Origin: an uncultured delta proteobacterium
GTDB taxonomy: Bacteria > Myxococcota > B64-G9
DNA length: 64,000 nt
Direction: 5' to 3'
Assembly: GCA_963754925.1 (NCBI GenBank)
Contig: CAVWHX010000004.1
Location: forward strand, 416,001 to 480,000
How positions within the stretch are numbered: the stretch's first letter is position 1; each line of letters starts with the position of its first letter. The position numbers and the translations under genes were made by a program. Positions 59,973 to 64,000 of the stretch are shown one piece after another. The notes below the pieces were generated by a model, which was not told the origin of the DNA, searched no databases, and saw nothing but the letters and a program-made list of their open reading frames with translations.

Positions 59973-60611
59973 ATGAGAATAGGAATCCTTGGCTCGGGTG
60001 ATGTGGCGAAGGCTCTCGCCATTGGTTTTCTCAAACACGGTCACGAGGTAACACTCGGCACGCGCACGATAGCCAAGCTTGCGGACTGGGCGAAAACGAA
60101 TCCCCGGGGCCGCGTCGCCAGTTTTACTGACACCGCGCGATTTGGCGAGGTGGTCGTTTTAGCAGTCAAAGGCACCGCGGCGATGGACGCGCTACAGGCC
60201 GCAGGCCATACGAACCTCTCAGGCAAACTCGTTATCGATACGACCAATCCCATCGCAGATGCCCCGCCCACAAACGGCGTTTTGAAGTTTTTCACCACGC
60301 TCGACGAGTCGCTCATGGAACGTCTGCAGAAAGGGTTTCGCAACGTTCGTTTCGTAAAAGCTTTCAATTCCGTAGGCAATGCATGCATGGTCAATCCCAA
60401 ATTTACGGGCGGCAAACCAACGATGTTCATCTGCGGCAATGACGAGGCGGCGAAGAAGATCGTCACCGAAATCCTCGATCAGTTCGGCTGGGAAACTGCG
60501 GACATGGGTACCGCGGAAGCGGCGCGCGCTATCGAGCCACTGTGTATGCTCTGGTGTATCCCTGGTTTTTTGCGCAATGATTGGGTTCACGCGTTTAAGC
60601 TGCTAACGTAG
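59973..60611 (+). CDS. NADP oxidoreductase, coenzyme F420-dependent family
   Basis: IGILGSG, IDTTNP, VKAFN, ICGND, ARAIEP. Confidence 0.85.
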   Translation: MRIGILGSGDVAKALAIGFLKHGHEVTLGTRTIAKLADWAKTNPRGRVASFTDTARFGEVVVLAVKGTAAMDALQAAGHTNLSGKLVIDTTNPIADAPPTNGVLKFFTTLDESLMERLQKGFRNVRFVKAFNSVGNACMVNPKFTGGKPTMFICGNDEAAKKIVTEILDQFGWETADMGTAEAARAIEPLCMLWCIPGFLRNDWVHAFKLLT

Positions 60612-60664
60612 ATAGATAGAACGGACTCGATGACCGCGGGGTTCCACCAACAAGGGGTTCGAGA

Positions 60665-60955
60665 TCAATTTTTTACAAACCGGGCCGCGATCTCAAAGGG
60701 CGCCTTATCGCTGGTCACCCGCACCACCTGAACGCGCGCTTTCAGCGGGGGGAACACGTGGGTAAATGATCTATGGGTGCTGGTCTCGACCTCGATCTCG
60801 AGGAACTGACCGGGCTCGTAACGAACCGAAGCGGTAAACAGTATACCGCCACCGCTGATATTTTTACTGGTGGCCTGGCGGACGTTGCCGCCAGCGATTG
60901 GGCGAATGGTAACTTCGGCCTCAGCGGGCAGGCGCTTGAAGCTTCTCCGTTCCAT
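60665..60955 (-). CDS. single PilZ domain protein
   Basis: ERRSFKR and NISGGG c-di-GMP-binding motifs. Confidence 0.82.
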   Translation of the reverse strand: MERRSFKRLPAEAEVTIRPIAGGNVRQATSKNISGGGILFTASVRYEPGQFLEIEVETSTHRSFTHVFPPLKARVQVVRVTSDKAPFEIAARFVKN

Positions 60956-61139
60956 ACTGCTTCCATCCCCTTTCAGCCGATACCACGAAAAGACGCTATC
61001 GCTTGAACTCATGTCTGTCAACTTACCGGCTCGACCGGCGCAGCCATCGAGCCGCTGTCATCAAAGAATTGATTCGAGCAGAGAAAATATTATATGGTAG
61101 CTTCGAAATAAGCGACATATTACATTGGTTAAGATAAAT

Positions 61140-62033
61140 ATGGTTGAGCACGAAAAAGAACTTGAAGTCCGAAAGAAAGCCGGGAAGCTGGTCCACCTGG
61201 ACCCGCTGCAGCGTTATCTCAGCGACATCGGCAAGTTCAATCTTCTCACCCCGGACGAAGAGCACCGCTTGGGGGTCGAATTCCAAAAGACCGGCGATCC
61301 GCGTCTCGCCTACCAATTGGTTACCGGAAACTTACGCTTGGTGGTGAAGATCGCCCTTGAGCACCGCAGCTATTATCAGAATCTGCTCGATCTGATTCAG
61401 GAGGGCAATATCGGGTTGATGCAAGCGGTCAAGCGGTTTGATCCCTACCGGGGTGTCCGGCTGCCAACCTATGCACAATGGTGGATCCGCGCCTATATTC
61501 TCAAATTCATTCTCGAGAACTTCAGCTTAATCAAAATCGGCACCACCCAGGTGCAGCGCAAGCTGTTCTTTCGGCTCAAGAAGGAACAAGCGCAACTCCA
61601 ACTTGAGGGGTATGCCCCGGAGAGCCGACTTATCGCCGAGCGCATCGACGTCCCCGAAAAGGACGTCATCGAGATGGAAAAGCGCCTCGGCGGGCCCGAA
61701 ACCTCGCTCGACGCCGCGAATCCATCGACCGGCCGGACCTTGTTTGAGACATTGCCTGGGCTCGAGAGTAACCCCGAGGAAGTCTTCGCCAGCGAAGAAT
61801 TACGCGATCGCGTACATCGGGCGATGGAATCGTTTCGGGCCACCCTCACGAAGCGCGAGCAGGCCATCTGGGATGGTCGCATCGCTATCGACCAACCACT
61901 GACCTTCCAGGATATCGGCGATCGTCATGGCATCACCCGGCAGCGGGTTCAGCAACTCGAACAGCGCCTGAAGGATCGCTTCCGCGAATTTCTTAAAGAC
62001 ACCCTTCCCGAGGGTAAGGAACAAATCCTATAA
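61140..62033 (+). CDS. rpoH: RNA polymerase sigma factor, RpoH/sigma-32 family
   Basis: NLRLVV, DLIQEGNIGL, WWIRA, QRKLFF (RpoH box), TRQRVQQLE. Confidence 0.85.
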   Translation: MVEHEKELEVRKKAGKLVHLDPLQRYLSDIGKFNLLTPDEEHRLGVEFQKTGDPRLAYQLVTGNLRLVVKIALEHRSYYQNLLDLIQEGNIGLMQAVKRFDPYRGVRLPTYAQWWIRAYILKFILENFSLIKIGTTQVQRKLFFRLKKEQAQLQLEGYAPESRLIAERIDVPEKDVIEMEKRLGGPETSLDAANPSTGRTLFETLPGLESNPEEVFASEELRDRVHRAMESFRATLTKREQAIWDGRIAIDQPLTFQDIGDRHGITRQRVQQLEQRLKDRFREFLKDTLPEGKEQIL

Positions 62034-62699
62034 ACTCAGCACCACCAACGCGTTGACGGCTACCGGGCGACTGCCGTCGATCAGGATTGGGTTGATGTCA
62101 ACCTCCATCACGTTCGGTTCCTGGAGGCCCAGCTGCCCGAGTTTGATCAGCAGATCGCAGAGCGCACTGCGATCCACGGCGGGTTTTCCTCGAAATGCGC
62201 GAAGCAACGCGGCGCTTGTTATCTCGTCAAGCATTTCGTTGGCGTCGATGGCGGACAGCGGCGCAACCCGAAACGTAACGTCTTTGAGAACCTCGGTGAA
62301 AATACCCCCGAGCCCAAACATAACGCAGGGACCGAACTGCCCATCGCGGTTCAAACCGGCGACGAACTCGCGCTCGGACTTAATCATGCGCTGGACCAAC
62401 ACCGCTTCAAGCCTATCGCCTGCGTTACGACGAATGTCCTCGTAGGCGCGCGTTACCTCTTGGTCGTCACGGAGATTCAGGCGCACCACATCGCTTTCGG
62501 TCTTATGGGCAAGGGCACGACCGGTGCCCTTGAGCACCACCGGGAACCGAAGCTCGGCCGCAGCCGCCAGTGCCGTGGGTATATCCGTTACCCGCCGGCT
62601 TTCCACGAGCGGCAATCCGTATTGAGCCAGCACCTTGCGAGAATCGTCCTCAGAAAGGGTTTTGATTCCTTGTGCTCGTGCATCTTCGATTACGCTCAT
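62028..62699 (-). CDS. ADP-forming acyl-CoA ligase beta subunit (ATP-grasp)
   Basis: FPVVLK, HKTE, FGPCVMFGLGGIFTE, EVDINP. Confidence 0.88.
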   Translation of the reverse strand: MSVIEDARAQGIKTLSEDDSRKVLAQYGLPLVESRRVTDIPTALAAAAELRFPVVLKGTGRALAHKTESDVVRLNLRDDQEVTRAYEDIRRNAGDRLEAVLVQRMIKSEREFVAGLNRDGQFGPCVMFGLGGIFTEVLKDVTFRVAPLSAIDANEMLDEITSAALLRAFRGKPAVDRSALCDLLIKLGQLGLQEPNVMEVDINPILIDGSRPVAVNALVVLSL

Positions 62700-62750
62700 C
62701 GTTGCGCCTCCTTGGGTATTCTGATACCTACCTCGCGTATCGTTACCTGG

Positions 62751-63998
62751 TCAATCACTATCCGAGCTTCCCGACCGCGGCACCGGCTGGGGAATCTCGA
62801 GAACAAAGCGCGCGAAACGACCCGGCTCCGACTCAGCCCGTATACGACCACCATGGAGCTGCGCTATCTGCCAGCACATATACAGGCCAATCCCGGTGCC
62901 CTGACGCTTCCACAGCTCGGGGTTTTTCAGACGCGAGAAACGTTTGAAGAGAAGCAGTTTATCCGTGTCGCTAAATCCGGGGCCTTCGTTGTAAACCGCG
63001 ATCCGAAGTCCTTCCGTGGCATGCTCGGCGCTAACCTCGATACGCCCGGCCTCATTGCCATACTTGACGGCGTTGCTCAGGAGGTTGGCGAGAACTATTT
63101 GCAGCAGGGACGGATCGCATTCGCAGCTTTCAAGGTTTTCACCCTCGACCCGCGTCAACGTCATGCGCCGTTCCTGCAATTGGGGTTGAATGGCTTCGAC
63201 CACCGGATCGATAACCGCACGGCGGAAGTCGACTGGGCTTTTGAGATCGATCGTCAGTTCGCCGCCCTCCAATCGCGCGAGGTTGAGATAATCATTGATC
63301 AAGAGCAGTAGTCCCTCGGCCCGCGCGTTCATGCGATCGAGCGACTCGCGCTGCTCCGGGCGCACCTCTCCCCGGTAGCCGTCGATCATTAAGCGAATGG
63401 ATGAGATTATCGAGGCCAGCGGGCTGCGCAACTCATGCGTGACAAAGGTGAGCATCTCCCGGTAATTGCGGTTAGCGTTTTCGAGCTGTTCGATGCGGTA
63501 GGCTTTCTCGACCGCTTGGCTGAGTCGTTCTACCAGCGCCACGTGCAGCGCCATCTGATGATTGTCGTACGCACGGACCTGCTGAGAGGACCGAAACAAC
63601 AACCCCACGATACGCCCTTCCACGGTCAACGGGCAGGTCATTGAGGAGCGCACGCCTTCTTTGACCAGCAGCTTCGATGAATGAGAATGAGGATGCTCGT
63701 GCGCATATTTCTCCAGATTGTTGATAATGCGCGGCCGGCCCGAACGCACGACCTGCGTGAGCGACGAACCTTTCAGATCACCGGCGTAACCCGCATCCAG
63801 CAAGACCGGCTTGTACCGCGCCCTGACCCAGTGGCTCACCACCCGCCGATTATTCTCCTCAAGAAACGCGAGCGAGATACGATCGCAGGGACAAATCGAG
63901 CTGGTGGAATCGAATAAAAAATCGAGGATATCGTTGAGCGAACCGCCGGCTGCGACCTTTTGGTTAAAATGGTCGAGGATGCGCCGTTCCTCAGCGGT
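62751..63998 (-). CDS. GAF domain sensor histidine kinase (5' end outside window)
   Basis: Frame open to the window edge; GAF (SSMTCPL), THELRSPL, NLLSNAVKY, GTGIGL. Confidence 0.9.
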   Translation of the reverse strand, partial: TAEERRILDHFNQKVAAGGSLNDILDFLFDSTSSICPCDRISLAFLEENNRRVVSHWVRARYKPVLLDAGYAGDLKGSSLTQVVRSGRPRIINNLEKYAHEHPHSHSSKLLVKEGVRSSMTCPLTVEGRIVGLLFRSSQQVRAYDNHQMALHVALVERLSQAVEKAYRIEQLENANRNYREMLTFVTHELRSPLASIISSIRLMIDGYRGEVRPEQRESLDRMNARAEGLLLLINDYLNLARLEGGELTIDLKSPVDFRRAVIDPVVEAIQPQLQERRMTLTRVEGENLESCECDPSLLQIVLANLLSNAVKYGNEAGRIEVSAEHATEGLRIAVYNEGPGFSDTDKLLLFKRFSRLKNPELWKRQGTGIGLYMCWQIAQLHGGRIRAESEPGRFARFVLEIPQPVPRSGSSDSD

Positions 63999-64000
63999 GA

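Noticed and set aside
45536..63311. Long antisense or alternative-frame ORFs (e.g. 45536-46615, 51833-52612, 56281-57411, 62460-63311)
   Set aside because: They are shadows of well-supported genes in GC-rich DNA and carry no recognisable motifs.

Overview
Bacterial chromosomal window whose gene content resembles Myxococcota/Desulfobacterota (deltaproteobacteria); the taxonomy is inferred from gene content only. (1) 1-10.8 kb: an aryl-polyene-like type II fatty-acid/polyketide cluster that runs off the left edge. It has ApeP/ApeI-like dehydratases, an ACP, two paralogous radical SAM enzymes, two ketosynthases with intact catalytic residues, a hotdog thioesterase, a PKS-dehydratase/PPTase fusion, PlsY, and a convergent type III PKS-like enzyme plus acyl-AMP ligase. 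This is the best candidate for an undescribed system, probably making a modified membrane lipid. (2) 11-16.5 kb: thiolase, S51 peptidase, PaaK-like ligase, SDR and an Fe-S protein. (3) ftsX-envC, then a ~2.3 kb toxin-antitoxin island in which each cognate toxin appears lost or disabled, plus a HEPN-like gene with integron-cassette-like ends. (4) ABC transporter, aminotransferase, HD protein, a Hanks-type pseudokinase and a J-domain/TPR protein. (5) Tandemly duplicated B12-radical SAM genes, each with a palindrome shared with an upstream TetR gene. (6) Core genes: NtrYX-like pair, Omp85, uppP, ahcY, metK, PTS(Ntr) genes, rpoN, lptCAB, lpxL, kdsA, pyrG, kdsB, NCS2 permease, PilZ proteins, formiminotransferase, an RpoH-type sigma factor and a GAF histidine kinase. 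Six single-base frameshifts, including one in kdsA, are most likely sequencing indel errors. No rRNA, tRNA, CRISPR array, integrase or transposase was seen.
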